From Brumimicrobium sp. (GTDB lineage Bacteria; Bacteroidota; Bacteroidia; Flavobacteriales_D; Crocinitomicaceae), in the NCBI GenBank assembly GCA_041655765.1, contig JBBAEU010000003.1, positions 4,923 through 68,922 on the forward strand: a stretch of 64,000 nucleotides of DNA, given 5' to 3'. The position numbers and the translations under genes were made by a program. The notes beneath the pieces were generated by a model. It saw only the letters and a program-made list of their open reading frames with translations. It was not told the DNA's origin and ran no database searches. Of the stretch, positions 36,079-46,298 are shown piece after piece; within the stretch, counting starts at the first letter, position 1, and every line of letters starts with the position of its first letter.

Positions 36079-37773
36079 ATGTTTAAAAAAATTTTAACAC
36101 TATTATTTATCTCTACTCTATTCTTAGGATGTAGAACAGATGAAAAGCAACAAGTAATCAACGCTAAAGGAGGAGTTAGATATGGCGGCGAATTCCGTTT
36201 TATGTCAAGCGAGAAAGTGCAAACACTATTTCCTCTTTCAACAACAAATGTTTATACCAACAGGGTTGTTTATCAAATTTTTCAACGATTGGTAGGATTT
36301 GACCCCGAAACAAAGGAGTTAGTGCCAGAAATTGCTTTGTCAACAGATGTAAATGAAAATTCTACTGTTTTCACTTTCCATTTAAGAAAAGATGTTTATT
36401 TCCATGATGACCCATGTTTTGAGAAAGGTAAAGGACGATTGGTTACAGCCCACGATTTTAAATATTCATTAGAGTTTGCTTGTTCAAACCATCCATTAAA
36501 TCATAACTCTTACCTTTTAAGAGATAAGGTTTTGGGTGCAGATAAGTTTTACAGAGGAGAAGTTGATGCCGTAGAAGGAATTCGTGTAATTGATGACCAT
36601 ACCTTAGAAATTGAACTAAAAAGTCCGTCTGCTGCGTTTAAAAAAATTATGACACACACTGGATTAAGTGTTTTTCCTCGTGAAGCGTATGAGAAATATG
36701 GAAACGATATCGGACTTCATCCTGTCGGAACGGGTGCTTTCGTATTGGGAGAATATACAGACGATAAAATTATTTTAAATAGAAATAACAACTATTGGGA
36801 AACAGATGAGTTTGGGAATCCACTTCCTTTTCTTGATAAAGTAGTCATGACATACAGCAAAGATAAAACAGATGAACTTTTATCTTTCCGTGCAGAAAAG
36901 ATAGATTTGGTACTTGATATTCCAGTAGAAGAAATTAAAAATGTATTGGGCACTTTAGCTCAGGCAAAAGCGGGTGAAAACGTAAAACACAGGGTATATT
37001 CTTTATCAAGTATGAGCATAACTTATTATGGTTTTTCTAATCAAAGTGAACCTTTTTCCAATAAAAACGTTCGTTTAGCATTCAATCATGCTGTCAATAG
37101 AGAAGCTATAATTAACAACTGGCTAGAGGGCGAAGGTTGGCCAGCTTTAAATGGATTCGTACCTAAAATCATTGGCTATCCAAACGAGAAAATTAAAGGA
37201 TATACTTACGATGTTAATAAGGCACAAAGCCTATTAGCCGAAGCAGGTTATCCAGAAGGTGAAGGATTTCCAACTGTAAAATTATACGTAAATACTTTGC
37301 AAGGTTCAGGACAACATAGATTGGCAGAGGCAGTACAAAAATCATTGAAGGAAAACCTAAATGTAAATATAGAAATTGAGTTGATAACCATCGAAGAAAG
37401 AGAGAAATTGGTTCAAAGTCAAGATGCTATATTTTGGAGAACAGGTTGGGTTGCAGACTATCCAGATCCAGAGAATTTCTTAAACTTATTCTATAGTGGA
37501 AACATTGACGAGAGCAATCCAACAATCAATCCGTTTAAGTATAATAACCCTGAGTTTGATGCATTATTTGAAAAAGCAATGGGCGAAACAAATGAAGAAA
37601 AACGATTTGAATTGTTAGCTCAATGCGACCAAATTATCATTGATGATGCGGTTGTTATGCCACTTATGAATGATGACTTTATCACCATGGTAAATTTAAA
37701 GGTTCGTAAATTTGTTACTAATGAAATCGAACAATTAGATTTTTCAACGATTTACATCAAAGAAGTTAAATAA
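36079..37773 (+). CDS. ABC transporter substrate-binding lipoprotein, family 5 (OppA/DppA-like)
   Basis: Lipobox FLG-C; FHLRKDVYFHDD, TAHDFKYS, PVGTGAF, VRLAFNHAVNR, GWVADYPDPENFL. Confidence 0.92.
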   Translation: MFKKILTLLFISTLFLGCRTDEKQQVINAKGGVRYGGEFRFMSSEKVQTLFPLSTTNVYTNRVVYQIFQRLVGFDPETKELVPEIALSTDVNENSTVFTFHLRKDVYFHDDPCFEKGKGRLVTAHDFKYSLEFACSNHPLNHNSYLLRDKVLGADKFYRGEVDAVEGIRVIDDHTLEIELKSPSAAFKKIMTHTGLSVFPREAYEKYGNDIGLHPVGTGAFVLGEYTDDKIILNRNNNYWETDEFGNPLPFLDKVVMTYSKDKTDELLSFRAEKIDLVLDIPVEEIKNVLGTLAQAKAGENVKHRVYSLSSMSITYYGFSNQSEPFSNKNVRLAFNHAVNREAIINNWLEGEGWPALNGFVPKIIGYPNEKIKGYTYDVNKAQSLLAEAGYPEGEGFPTVKLYVNTLQGSGQHRLAEAVQKSLKENLNVNIEIELITIEEREKLVQSQDAIFWRTGWVADYPDPENFLNLFYSGNIDESNPTINPFKYNNPEFDALFEKAMGETNEEKRFELLAQCDQIIIDDAVVMPLMNDDFITMVNLKVRKFVTNEIEQLDFSTIYIKEVK

Positions 37774-37777
37774 AAAA

Positions 37778-38713
37778 CTATTCAAACAATGGGCAAGCTG
37801 AACGCGTAGGCTTTCCTTTTCTACAACCGCTAAATTGGATTGAAATTTCATGTGTATGGAAGTTTCCCCCGCGGATGGATGAGGTAATAAAATCAAAACT
37901 GTATCCAATGGTGAATTGTCGGATGTTGACTTTGAATAATCCGATTACAGCATCACGGTTTCTATATCCCAATCCAACACTGAATATATTTTGATAATCA
38001 AACATTAAGTTGACATCAAAGCTCATTGGTCCAGCTGGTGGAATTCTAAATAAAATTCCTGGTAGCAATGAGTTTTCTTTTGGTAATCCGATTCTTGTTC
38101 CTGCTTGTATTTTTGTGTGCAAACGGAATCGAGAAGCATACCCTACATCTTTCCAATTATTCATTGCCAACTGGTCAACCGCTGCACCCAAATAGAATAA
38201 ATCAGAATAGTACCAACCACCAAAAGTTATCAATGGGAATAGTAAATTGTTCGCCGACTGTGAAACTGATGGGTCGGGGTCAATTGTTGTTGTTTTTGTT
38301 TGGTCAAAACCAAATTGTTGAATTCCTGCTCCCACTCCAAAACTAAGTCGATGGTTAGTTTCTGTTTTACCCAACGGGATGTGAATTGCATAAGCCAAGC
38401 TCATAGAAAAATTATTGAACGGTCCAAATTGGTCTCTTTCAATTTTTCCTCCAATACCATGAAAGAAATCTTTAAATTTTTTCTTGTTTTTTATAAGCGG
38501 TGCGTTAATTGTTAACATACCACTTACTGGTGCATCGTCAAATCCTGCCCATTGTGCGCGAGCACCTAATTTCACCTCCAAGCATCTTTTTATCCCAGCC
38601 AACGCAGGGTTAATCGAAAATTGATTATAAGACCATTGCGAGTACTGAGATACCTGCTGTCCAAATGTTAAGGTTGGAATAAAAAATAATATGAGAAACA
38701 ACCACTTTTTCAT
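37778..38713 (-). CDS. PorP/SprF family T9SS membrane beta-barrel protein
   Basis: QYSQWSYNQFSINPALAG, RAQWAGFDDAP, GLGYR, IGYSFDF, THEISI. Confidence 0.92.
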   Translation of the reverse strand: MKKWLFLILFFIPTLTFGQQVSQYSQWSYNQFSINPALAGIKRCLEVKLGARAQWAGFDDAPVSGMLTINAPLIKNKKKFKDFFHGIGGKIERDQFGPFNNFSMSLAYAIHIPLGKTETNHRLSFGVGAGIQQFGFDQTKTTTIDPDPSVSQSANNLLFPLITFGGWYYSDLFYLGAAVDQLAMNNWKDVGYASRFRLHTKIQAGTRIGLPKENSLLPGILFRIPPAGPMSFDVNLMFDYQNIFSVGLGYRNRDAVIGLFKVNIRQFTIGYSFDFITSSIRGGNFHTHEISIQFSGCRKGKPTRSACPLFE

Positions 38714-40002
38714 CTTATAATTGAAACTGTTCCTTTTAGTGGTTCTTCAAATGCTTTGTCTCTTAAATTAATGACATAATAATAGGTGCCTTCGGTGAGT
38801 TCATTCCCTCCTTTTGTTGTCCCTGTCCAACGTTTTTCACTGTTATATCCAGTTGTTTCAAACACCAATTGTCCCCATCTTGTAAAAATCTGAATATGAC
38901 AATCCGGGAAAGCCTCAATTCCAAGGATTTCCCATGTTTCATTAATTCCGTCTCCATTAGGCGAAAAAGTGTTTGGGATTTCTAAAGCGTCTTTGATATA
39001 GACGGTAACCTCATCAACGATTGAACAAATTCCATTGTCAACAATTAAATAGTATGTTGTGGTTTCATTTGGTGACACAATTGGACGAATCGAATTTGTA
39101 TCACTAATAAAATAATCAGGTGTCCACAAAATATCCGTTTCTGTTGTTGCGCCATCTAACTGTATGCTTTCTCCTAAGAATATGGTTTTATCTGATCCTG
39201 CATCTACTAAAAAATCAAGAACTGTTAGCGTTAACGGGTTGCTTTGAAGAGTATCCCGACAACTATCAAAACAAGATATTTCTGCGGTAACAACATCTTG
39301 ATCGCTAATCGTTCCTTCGTACACGAAAAAACCTTCTGTCCTTCCAACTTCTTCTCCATTCAAATACCAAACTACTGGAGAAGGGTCGTCACATCCTTGT
39401 AAATCAATATCAAAAACTGTTGAATTTCCCCTGCAAATGGTCAACGATTCTGTTCCGATAAAAAAAGTTGGATTTCTGTCAACTGCAAGTCCTGAAATTT
39501 GCACATCAAACGTAGCCTCTGCGTATGAAGTTGTTCCAAAAGCACCATTTACAATGATGTAATACGTAGTATTTGCAGGTAAGTTGGTTGCTATTAACTG
39601 AAAGTCGGTTGTTGCATTGGAAACACAATTGGAAACTTCTGTAAAGGTCGAAGGGATACATGGAATTACAGCTTCAACAATAACAGCTTGCAACGCATTT
39701 CCTTGCCCCACAAGATTTTCAAAAACAATTTGACTAAAATCCACCAATACATCACCTCCATCGTCGTTGGTTGTAAAAGTCAACCAAATAGAGTTTTGTC
39801 CTGTAAAGCAAAAATTAAAATCATCCTCACAATCTGGACAAACTGTTGAATTTGCATCTATATTATTAATGCTAAAAACCTCGTTTGGACAAAGTTCTAA
39901 AGCGTTATCACAATGGTTATAAATTTCTTGGCAATGGACAAACCAAACCCCAAAAGCCATGAAAAACGCCAATATAAATTGATTAAACTGTATCTTCATC
40001 AT
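38710..40002 (-). CDS. Secreted protein with gliding-motility (CHU_C, T9SS type B) C-terminal domain
   Basis: IPNTFSPNGDGINETW, IFTRWGQLVF, WTGT, GTYYYVI, GTVSIIR; 4-bp overlap with the PorP/SprF gene. Confidence 0.92.
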   Translation of the reverse strand: MMKIQFNQFILAFFMAFGVWFVHCQEIYNHCDNALELCPNEVFSINNIDANSTVCPDCEDDFNFCFTGQNSIWLTFTTNDDGGDVLVDFSQIVFENLVGQGNALQAVIVEAVIPCIPSTFTEVSNCVSNATTDFQLIATNLPANTTYYIIVNGAFGTTSYAEATFDVQISGLAVDRNPTFFIGTESLTICRGNSTVFDIDLQGCDDPSPVVWYLNGEEVGRTEGFFVYEGTISDQDVVTAEISCFDSCRDTLQSNPLTLTVLDFLVDAGSDKTIFLGESIQLDGATTETDILWTPDYFISDTNSIRPIVSPNETTTYYLIVDNGICSIVDEVTVYIKDALEIPNTFSPNGDGINETWEILGIEAFPDCHIQIFTRWGQLVFETTGYNSEKRWTGTTKGGNELTEGTYYYVINLRDKAFEEPLKGTVSIIR

Positions 40003-40141
40003 TATTAGATAACGAAGATAAGATTAATTTATGTTTTTTTTATAATGGAAGTTTTATTGTTTTTCTTTTTCAGTAAGAATTCAATGTAAAAACAAGAGTT
40101 ATTCTATTATTTTTGTATTATACAATTCAAAACAAATCAAT

Positions 40142-41407
40142 ATGGCGAAAATTCTCATCAAAAACATAAAAGGACTTTTTCAAACAGGAAACAACCTTCC
40201 AAAATTTAAGTCGGGAAAACAAATGGACGAAGCAGACATGATTGACAATGCGTTTTTGGCTATAGAAGATGAAGAAATTATCGCTTTTGGGAGCATGGAC
40301 GATTGGAGAGGAATTGACGATTGGAGGGACTTAACAGTAATTGATGCACAAGGTAAATATGTGCTTCCTACTTTTTGCGATTCTCATACACATGCTATTT
40401 TTGCTGCAACAAGAGAAGCAGAGTTTGAGGATAGAATCAGGGGACTTACTTACGAGGAAATTGCATTGAAAGGAGGAGGGATTCTTAACTCAGCTGAAAA
40501 ATTAAGAAGCATGGGTGAAGACCAACTTTTTGAAGAAGCATTGCAAAGGATTCACGAATTGGCAAAATTAGGAACAGGAGCCATCGAAATTAAATCGGGC
40601 TATGGACTTTCTGTCGAAGGTGAAATAAAAATGCTCCGAGTTATCAAGCGACTTAAAGAAGTTTCGCCAATGACAATAAAATCAACTTTTTTAGGGGCAC
40701 ATGCTTTTCCAAAAGAATTTAAAGACAATCATCAAGGATATGTTGATCTAATCATCAAAGAAATGTTGCCACAAATTGCGAAGGAGAATCTAGCTGACTA
40801 TATCGACTGTTTTTGTGAAAGGAATTATTTCACATTGGAACAGATGAACGCAATTATAGAAGCAGGCACAAAATATAATTTGCCAGCAAAAGTACACGTC
40901 AACCAGTTTTCAATTATGGGAGGCGTTCAAGCGGCAGTTGAGAGAGGAGCCGTTTCTGTTGATCATTTAGAAGAGTTAGATGCAAAAGACATCCAAGCAT
41001 TGAAAAAAGGTAAAACAATGCCCACATTTTTACCAGGTTGTTCTTTTTTCTTGTCAATTCCATTTGGTAAAGCTAGGGAAGTAATTGCAGAAGACTTACC
41101 TGTTGCATTGGCTTCAGATTTTAATCCTGGTTCTTCACCAAGTGGAAATATGCAATTCATCACCTCTTTGGGTTGTACAAAAATGAATATGACTCCGACA
41201 GAAGTTTTGAATGCTACTACGCTAAACACAGCTTACGCAATGGGCATTTCCGATACACATGGTTCTATCACAGAAGGAAAAAAAGCCAATGTTATGATTA
41301 CAAAAGAAATTTCGTCCTTAGCACGTATTCCTTATTCTTTTGGAGAAAATTCGATTGAAACAGTAATTCTGAACGGATATATTTTTTATTCAGAAGAGAA
41401 TGTTTAA
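40142..41407 (+). CDS. hutI: Imidazolonepropionase
   Basis: PTFCDSHTH, TYEEIA.KGGGILNS, EIKSGYGL, FLGAHA, DCFCE, SVDHLE, ASDFNPGSSP. Confidence 0.96.
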   Translation: MAKILIKNIKGLFQTGNNLPKFKSGKQMDEADMIDNAFLAIEDEEIIAFGSMDDWRGIDDWRDLTVIDAQGKYVLPTFCDSHTHAIFAATREAEFEDRIRGLTYEEIALKGGGILNSAEKLRSMGEDQLFEEALQRIHELAKLGTGAIEIKSGYGLSVEGEIKMLRVIKRLKEVSPMTIKSTFLGAHAFPKEFKDNHQGYVDLIIKEMLPQIAKENLADYIDCFCERNYFTLEQMNAIIEAGTKYNLPAKVHVNQFSIMGGVQAAVERGAVSVDHLEELDAKDIQALKKGKTMPTFLPGCSFFLSIPFGKAREVIAEDLPVALASDFNPGSSPSGNMQFITSLGCTKMNMTPTEVLNATTLNTAYAMGISDTHGSITEGKKANVMITKEISSLARIPYSFGENSIETVILNGYIFYSEENV

Positions 41408-41418
41408 ATGAACGCAGG

Positions 41419-42012
41419 TTATAAAATTATTTCATCAATAATTCGCGCCTGAATATACTCGTTCACCACTTTTGGAAAATATTGATGTTCAATTTTTAAA
41501 ACCTTTTGGCGAATATCTTGTGGACTATCTTTTTGAGTTAATGCAGTTTCAACCTGTACAAGGATTCGCCCTTTATCATATTGATTATTCACAAGGTGAA
41601 TGGTGATTCCAGATTTTGTTTCTCTGTTTTCAAAAACTGCTTCATGAACATTCATACCATACATTCCTTTCCCTCCATACTTGGGTAAAAGCGCAGGATG
41701 AATGTTAATAATTCTATCAGGAAAAGCATCAATCAGTTCATCAGGAATCTTCCTTAGGTAACCAGCCAAAACAATATAATCAATTTTGTGAGCGTCCATG
41801 ATTTTCTTTAAAAGCATTCCGTTACTTGCCTCCTCATTTGAAATAACTACTTGTTCTACCAAGCCAGCTGACTTTTTAAGGATTCCTGCATCTTGATTGT
41901 TTGTAAGAATCAAAGCAACATCAATGATTTGAGAATCGTGAAAAAACTCTATCAATTTCATTGCATTACTACCCGAGCCAGATGCAAAGATTGCTATTTT
42001 CTTCTTTTCCAT
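41419..42012 (-). CDS. purN: Phosphoribosylglycinamide formyltransferase
   Basis: IAIFASGSGSN, LAGYL, INIHPALLPKYGG.GMYG, SGITIHLV..YDKG, EH. Confidence 0.95.
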   Translation of the reverse strand: MEKKKIAIFASGSGSNAMKLIEFFHDSQIIDVALILTNNQDAGILKKSAGLVEQVVISNEEASNGMLLKKIMDAHKIDYIVLAGYLRKIPDELIDAFPDRIINIHPALLPKYGGKGMYGMNVHEAVFENRETKSGITIHLVNNQYDKGRILVQVETALTQKDSPQDIRQKVLKIEHQYFPKVVNEYIQARIIDEIIL

Positions 42013-42016
42013 AAAA

Positions 42017-42024
42017 CAAAGGTA
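42017..42024 (-). promoter_or_regulatory. -7 promoter box for purN
   Basis: TACCTTTG on the minus strand, 4 nt before the ATG (very short leader). Confidence 0.45.
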
Positions 42025-42177
42025 AGAAGGTTAAGTCAAAATTTAGAATAAATGAAGATAATTGATATGATTTTTATCTGACACTGATGTTAAAAACCAA
42101 ATTTAAAATGTTTGAAACATAGATTTAAACAAGGAAATTAGATAAGAAATTCGAGTTAAAATCTATATCTTTACACA

Positions 42178-42804
42178 ATGCTTCATACAGAAATTCGAAA
42201 ATATGGGTCTGTAACTGTTCATCTTTTGTATTATGATGGATTTGTGATGAATGATCATCTAAACAAACTTCTTCCTCACGAATGGGAAACATTATCAAAA
42301 ATTAATCACCCAAATAAAAAGAGGGAATTTGTGGCAATGCGTACTTTGAGAACGTTGATTTTTGGGAATGAAAAAATTTTGTACAACGAAATTGGCGCAC
42401 CATACATCGAAAATCATGGTTTTATATCTATTTCTCATGCCGATTGTGTTGTAGGCTTGGCATTTTGCGAAGATTTTCGCGTAGGATTAGATTTAGAGCC
42501 TATCCGAGAGATGGTTCTACGGGTAAAACATAAATTTTTAAGCCAAAAAGAAAAAGAATCTTTCGACCTCAACTCAACCGAAGAAATGATTAAAATCTGG
42601 TCTGGAAAAGAAGCCTTGTATAAATTATCGGGAAGAAAAAAAATCATATTTGCCAAACAACTCCTTTTAACCCGAATTGATGAGTTAAGATGGAAAGGAG
42701 AAATGGTTTTTCCAGACACACATAAAGAAGTAGAAATGGTGATAGAAAAAATAGATAATTTTGTGATTTCTATTAACACACAAGCAATTTATGAATCAAA
42801 ATAA
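42178..42804 (+). CDS. 4'-phosphopantetheinyl transferase family protein
   Basis: GAPYI, ISISHA, VGLDLE, WSGKEALYK. Confidence 0.88.
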   Translation: MLHTEIRKYGSVTVHLLYYDGFVMNDHLNKLLPHEWETLSKINHPNKKREFVAMRTLRTLIFGNEKILYNEIGAPYIENHGFISISHADCVVGLAFCEDFRVGLDLEPIREMVLRVKHKFLSQKEKESFDLNSTEEMIKIWSGKEALYKLSGRKKIIFAKQLLLTRIDELRWKGEMVFPDTHKEVEMVIEKIDNFVISINTQAIYESK

Positions 42805-43537
42805 TAAGATATATCAAAAATTTGGAGCAACAACGGGGCAAATTGCTGTTTTAATCGACCCAGACGTTACAAACAAAAAGGATAGTATTCGGTCGGTTGT
42901 AGAAAAAGCTGAGTTTGCACAAATTGACTATATTTTTGTTGGTGGGAGTTCAGTCACAAAAGGCGATTTTGAAGCTTGCATGCAGCATTTGAAAGAATTG
43001 ACCAAGCTACCGATTGTGATTTTCCCGGGTGACTTACATCTCGTTTCAGAACAGGCTGATGCAGTTTTGTATTTGAGTTTATTGTCTGGCAGAAATCCTG
43101 AATATTTAATCAGTCAACATGTAAAAACTGCTCAAGATATTTTTGCTATGGATATAGAGGTTATACCTACTGGATATATTTTAGTTGACGGTGGAAGTCC
43201 TGCTTCTGTGGCATCGATAAGTCAAACAATCCCGATTGCTAGAGAAAACTTTTCGGCAATAATGAACACAGCAATCGCAGGTGTTTTACAAGGTAAAAAA
43301 GCAATCTATTTTGAAGCTGGAAGTGGGGCAAAAAAGAGCATTCCTTCGGCAATCATCAAAGAAGCAAAAGAGAAGCTGAATACAATTATTTTAGTTGGAG
43401 GAGGAATAAGAAGTGTAGAGCAAATAGAAGTGTTTAAAAATCAAGGTGCAAACATTGTTGTGATTGGAACGAAAATAGAAGAAGATACCGATTTTCTTTT
43501 AGATATTCGAGGTTATAAAAACGCTTTACACTCATGA
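42791..43537 (+). CDS. Geranylgeranylglyceryl/heptaprenylglyceryl phosphate synthase (PcrB/GGGPS family)
   Basis: AVLIDPD, FVGGS, IFPG, SLLSGRNPEYLI, PTGYILVDGG, YFEAGSGA, VGGGIRS. Confidence 0.93.
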   Translation: MNQNNKIYQKFGATTGQIAVLIDPDVTNKKDSIRSVVEKAEFAQIDYIFVGGSSVTKGDFEACMQHLKELTKLPIVIFPGDLHLVSEQADAVLYLSLLSGRNPEYLISQHVKTAQDIFAMDIEVIPTGYILVDGGSPASVASISQTIPIARENFSAIMNTAIAGVLQGKKAIYFEAGSGAKKSIPSAIIKEAKEKLNTIILVGGGIRSVEQIEVFKNQGANIVVIGTKIEEDTDFLLDIRGYKNALHS

Positions 43538-44493
43538 GGTTTGTAAGTATTAGACAGATTTTAAATCAACTAAAGGTTGAGTTTACAACAATCGATGAAA
43601 CAGTTGTTAAATCAGCTCAAACTCTTGCAAAACAGCATTTTCTACAGAATAAAAAATTAAAAATTAATCAGTTTGAATATACTAAAGATGAAATTGACTT
43701 TGTTTTAAATTCTTTGGACGACAAAACCTTAGTTTTCCACGATTGGGTTCAGCAAGATTCTTCCTTATCTCAATACCTCATCAGCCTTGGTGAAATTAGA
43801 AATAAACCAAAACCCAATCAATATGAGGGGCACCAATTAGAAAAAGTGTTTCAGTCATATTTGGCACCATTTTTAAAACCCATTTTAGAAGAATCATTTA
43901 GTAAAAATCTTGCAATTCCGAATCTACAAATACTATCAGAGCACATAGTTTTTTCCAACTATCTGGAGGAAGGCGATCGTATCGAAGTTCAGCAACCAAT
44001 CAGTGATTTTGTGAGAGAATTAATGGAGAATAAAGAAATTGACTTTTTTGAGCTCATTTACACAGCAACCTTTGTAGATGTTTTAAATAAGTTGGATAAG
44101 CATTTCTATAGCAATTCTGTTCTGTTCATTGATAAAACCAAGAAATTTATTATATCAGAATCATTGATAGACACACAAAAAGGAAAAATTAGGAAATTAT
44201 TGTTGCAGCTTAAATTAACAGAAAGGCACCAAAAAGAGGTTGCCCATTTTGCAAATTCCGAACATTTTAAAGCACAATCTTCAGCATCTAAAAAAGGGTT
44301 AATCAAATTTTTACAACCCTATATAATTTATATTCTGGGAGGAATTCTAATTGTTTCTCTAACCTATTTTTATCTGAATAAACCTAGTCCAAATAAGGAA
44401 AAAGAAATTGCAACTGGAGCGGAAGAACTGACTGATGAAGAGTTGTTGGAGCTTGATTCTTTGATAAAGGTTAACGGAGAGAAATTTAATTAA
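43534..44493 (+). CDS. Hypothetical protein with one C-terminal TM helix
   Basis: 319-aa ORF; ATGA overlap with the GGGPS gene; hydrophobic YIIYILGGILIVSLTYFYL. Confidence 0.7.
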   Translation: MRFVSIRQILNQLKVEFTTIDETVVKSAQTLAKQHFLQNKKLKINQFEYTKDEIDFVLNSLDDKTLVFHDWVQQDSSLSQYLISLGEIRNKPKPNQYEGHQLEKVFQSYLAPFLKPILEESFSKNLAIPNLQILSEHIVFSNYLEEGDRIEVQQPISDFVRELMENKEIDFFELIYTATFVDVLNKLDKHFYSNSVLFIDKTKKFIISESLIDTQKGKIRKLLLQLKLTERHQKEVAHFANSEHFKAQSSASKKGLIKFLQPYIIYILGGILIVSLTYFYLNKPSPNKEKEIATGAEELTDEELLELDSLIKVNGEKFN

Positions 44494-44520
44494 TTATATT
44501 TGAAACAAAAATATCAACAA

Positions 44521-45378
44521 ATGAAAATTTTCCTTTTTTTCACTTTCATATTAACCATCCAAATTGGATTTACACAATCGGTTGAACCATTTCAAATCTA
44601 CAATAGTAAAGGTAGAAAAGTTTCAACAAAAAAATTTTTTAGAAGCATAGAGAAGTCTGACATTATTCTTTTTGGAGAGTTTCACGACAATCCCATTATA
44701 CATTGGCTGCAATTAAAAACTGCTCAATACCTCAACGTAAAAAGGGGAGTTGTAATCGGTGCTGAAATGATAGAATCAGACCAACAAGAAGTTATCAATA
44801 AATATTTGGCTGGAGAGATTGACCAAAAAGGGTTGGATTCAAGTGTTTTGTTGTGGACAAATTATAAAACTGATTACAAACCCATCGTCGATTTTGCGAA
44901 AGAAGAAAAAATCTCCTTTTACGGAACGAATGTGCCACGTGTTCATGCAAGTTTTGTTTATCGCCATGGATTGGATGAACTCCATGCAAGTTTAGATAGC
45001 GAAGAGAAACAGTTTGTTGCTCCATTACCCATTCCTTATGATGAGAATCTTCCAAGTTATCAAGCGATGTTAAAAATGATGGGAGATCACAAACCAAATC
45101 CATATTTTCCTATGGCTCAAGCAATCAAAGATGCAACAATGGCATATTTTATCTTAAAATATTATGATGAAAACAAATGTTTTTTGCATTTGAATGGTGC
45201 ATATCACAGCAATCATTATGAAGGAATTTATTGGTATTTAAAAGAATATCAGTTTCAAGGTGATATCACAACAATTTCTACCGTGCAACAATCAAACGTC
45301 AAGCAGTTTGAAAATGAATACAAAGGTATTGCCGATTTTATAATTGTGGTAGATGAAGAAATGACAAAAACACATTAA
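44521..45378 (+). CDS. ChaN-family (haem-uptake/Tiki superfamily) exported protein
   Basis: IILFGEFHD, GAEMIESDQQ, YKTDYKPIV, AQAIKDATM, HLNGAYHS. Track start is 44500. Confidence 0.85.
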   Translation: MKIFLFFTFILTIQIGFTQSVEPFQIYNSKGRKVSTKKFFRSIEKSDIILFGEFHDNPIIHWLQLKTAQYLNVKRGVVIGAEMIESDQQEVINKYLAGEIDQKGLDSSVLLWTNYKTDYKPIVDFAKEEKISFYGTNVPRVHASFVYRHGLDELHASLDSEEKQFVAPLPIPYDENLPSYQAMLKMMGDHKPNPYFPMAQAIKDATMAYFILKYYDENKCFLHLNGAYHSNHYEGIYWYLKEYQFQGDITTISTVQQSNVKQFENEYKGIADFIIVVDEEMTKTH

Positions 45379-46284
45379 ATGAAACCTATTTCACTTCAAA
45401 AAGGCGATACAATTTTAATCATAGCTCCTGCAAAACGCATCGAGAAAGAACTCGTAGATTTTGCCGTAAAGACAATCGAGTCTAACGGATTTAGAGTCAT
45501 CGTTTCAGAAAATTGTTTGGGTAAAAATAATTACTTCTCAGGAACATTAGAAGAACGACAAAAAGATTTGCAATGGGCAATTAATCATCCAACGGCGAAA
45601 GCAATTTTATGTGCAAGAGGTGGATATGGAAGTGTGCAAATTGTAGAAAAAGTAGATTGGTCTGCCTTTATTAAAAATCCTAAATGGATAATTGGATTTT
45701 CTGATATCACTATTTTTCATCAATTTCTCTCTAAAATAGGAATTGCGTCTTTACACGCTACCGTTCCTTTAAATTTTCCAGAGAACACACCTGAATCTTT
45801 GGCTAGTCTTTTTTATTCTCTCGAAAATGCTCAATTGGAATATGGTTGGAAAAGCAAAACAGAAAATATAACTGGAGAAACAAATGGCAGATTAATCGGT
45901 GGAAATTTAACGGTTTTAACAAGTTTAATTGGAACGAATTTGATGCCAGATTATAACAATACAATTCTGTTTATTGAAGACATTGGAGAAGCTTTGTATG
46001 CTGTCGATCGTTGTTTCCAACAGTTAAGTAAAGCTGGTATTTTAAAGCAAATTAATGGGCTAATTGTTGGTGGGTTCAGCAGTATGAAAGACTCAGAACC
46101 GCCTTATGGCAATAGTTTAGAGGAAATTATAAAGTCTCACTTTTTAGATAGAAACATTCCTGTTGCTTTTGAATTCCCAGCTGGACATTGTGATGATAAT
46201 CGTGCGTTGATTATGAGAGAAAAAGTTGAGTTTAAGGTTCAGAGCGACTTTGCTTGGGTTGGTAGCTTGGAAAAGAAAGTTTAA
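45379..46284 (+). CDS. LD-carboxypeptidase (peptidase S66)
   Basis: CARGGYG, IGFSDIT (Ser), GGNL, FIEDIGE (Glu), PAGH (His). Confidence 0.93.
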   Translation: MKPISLQKGDTILIIAPAKRIEKELVDFAVKTIESNGFRVIVSENCLGKNNYFSGTLEERQKDLQWAINHPTAKAILCARGGYGSVQIVEKVDWSAFIKNPKWIIGFSDITIFHQFLSKIGIASLHATVPLNFPENTPESLASLFYSLENAQLEYGWKSKTENITGETNGRLIGGNLTVLTSLIGTNLMPDYNNTILFIEDIGEALYAVDRCFQQLSKAGILKQINGLIVGGFSSMKDSEPPYGNSLEEIIKSHFLDRNIPVAFEFPAGHCDDNRALIMREKVEFKVQSDFAWVGSLEKKV

Positions 46285-46298
46285 TGGAAAAAACTTCT

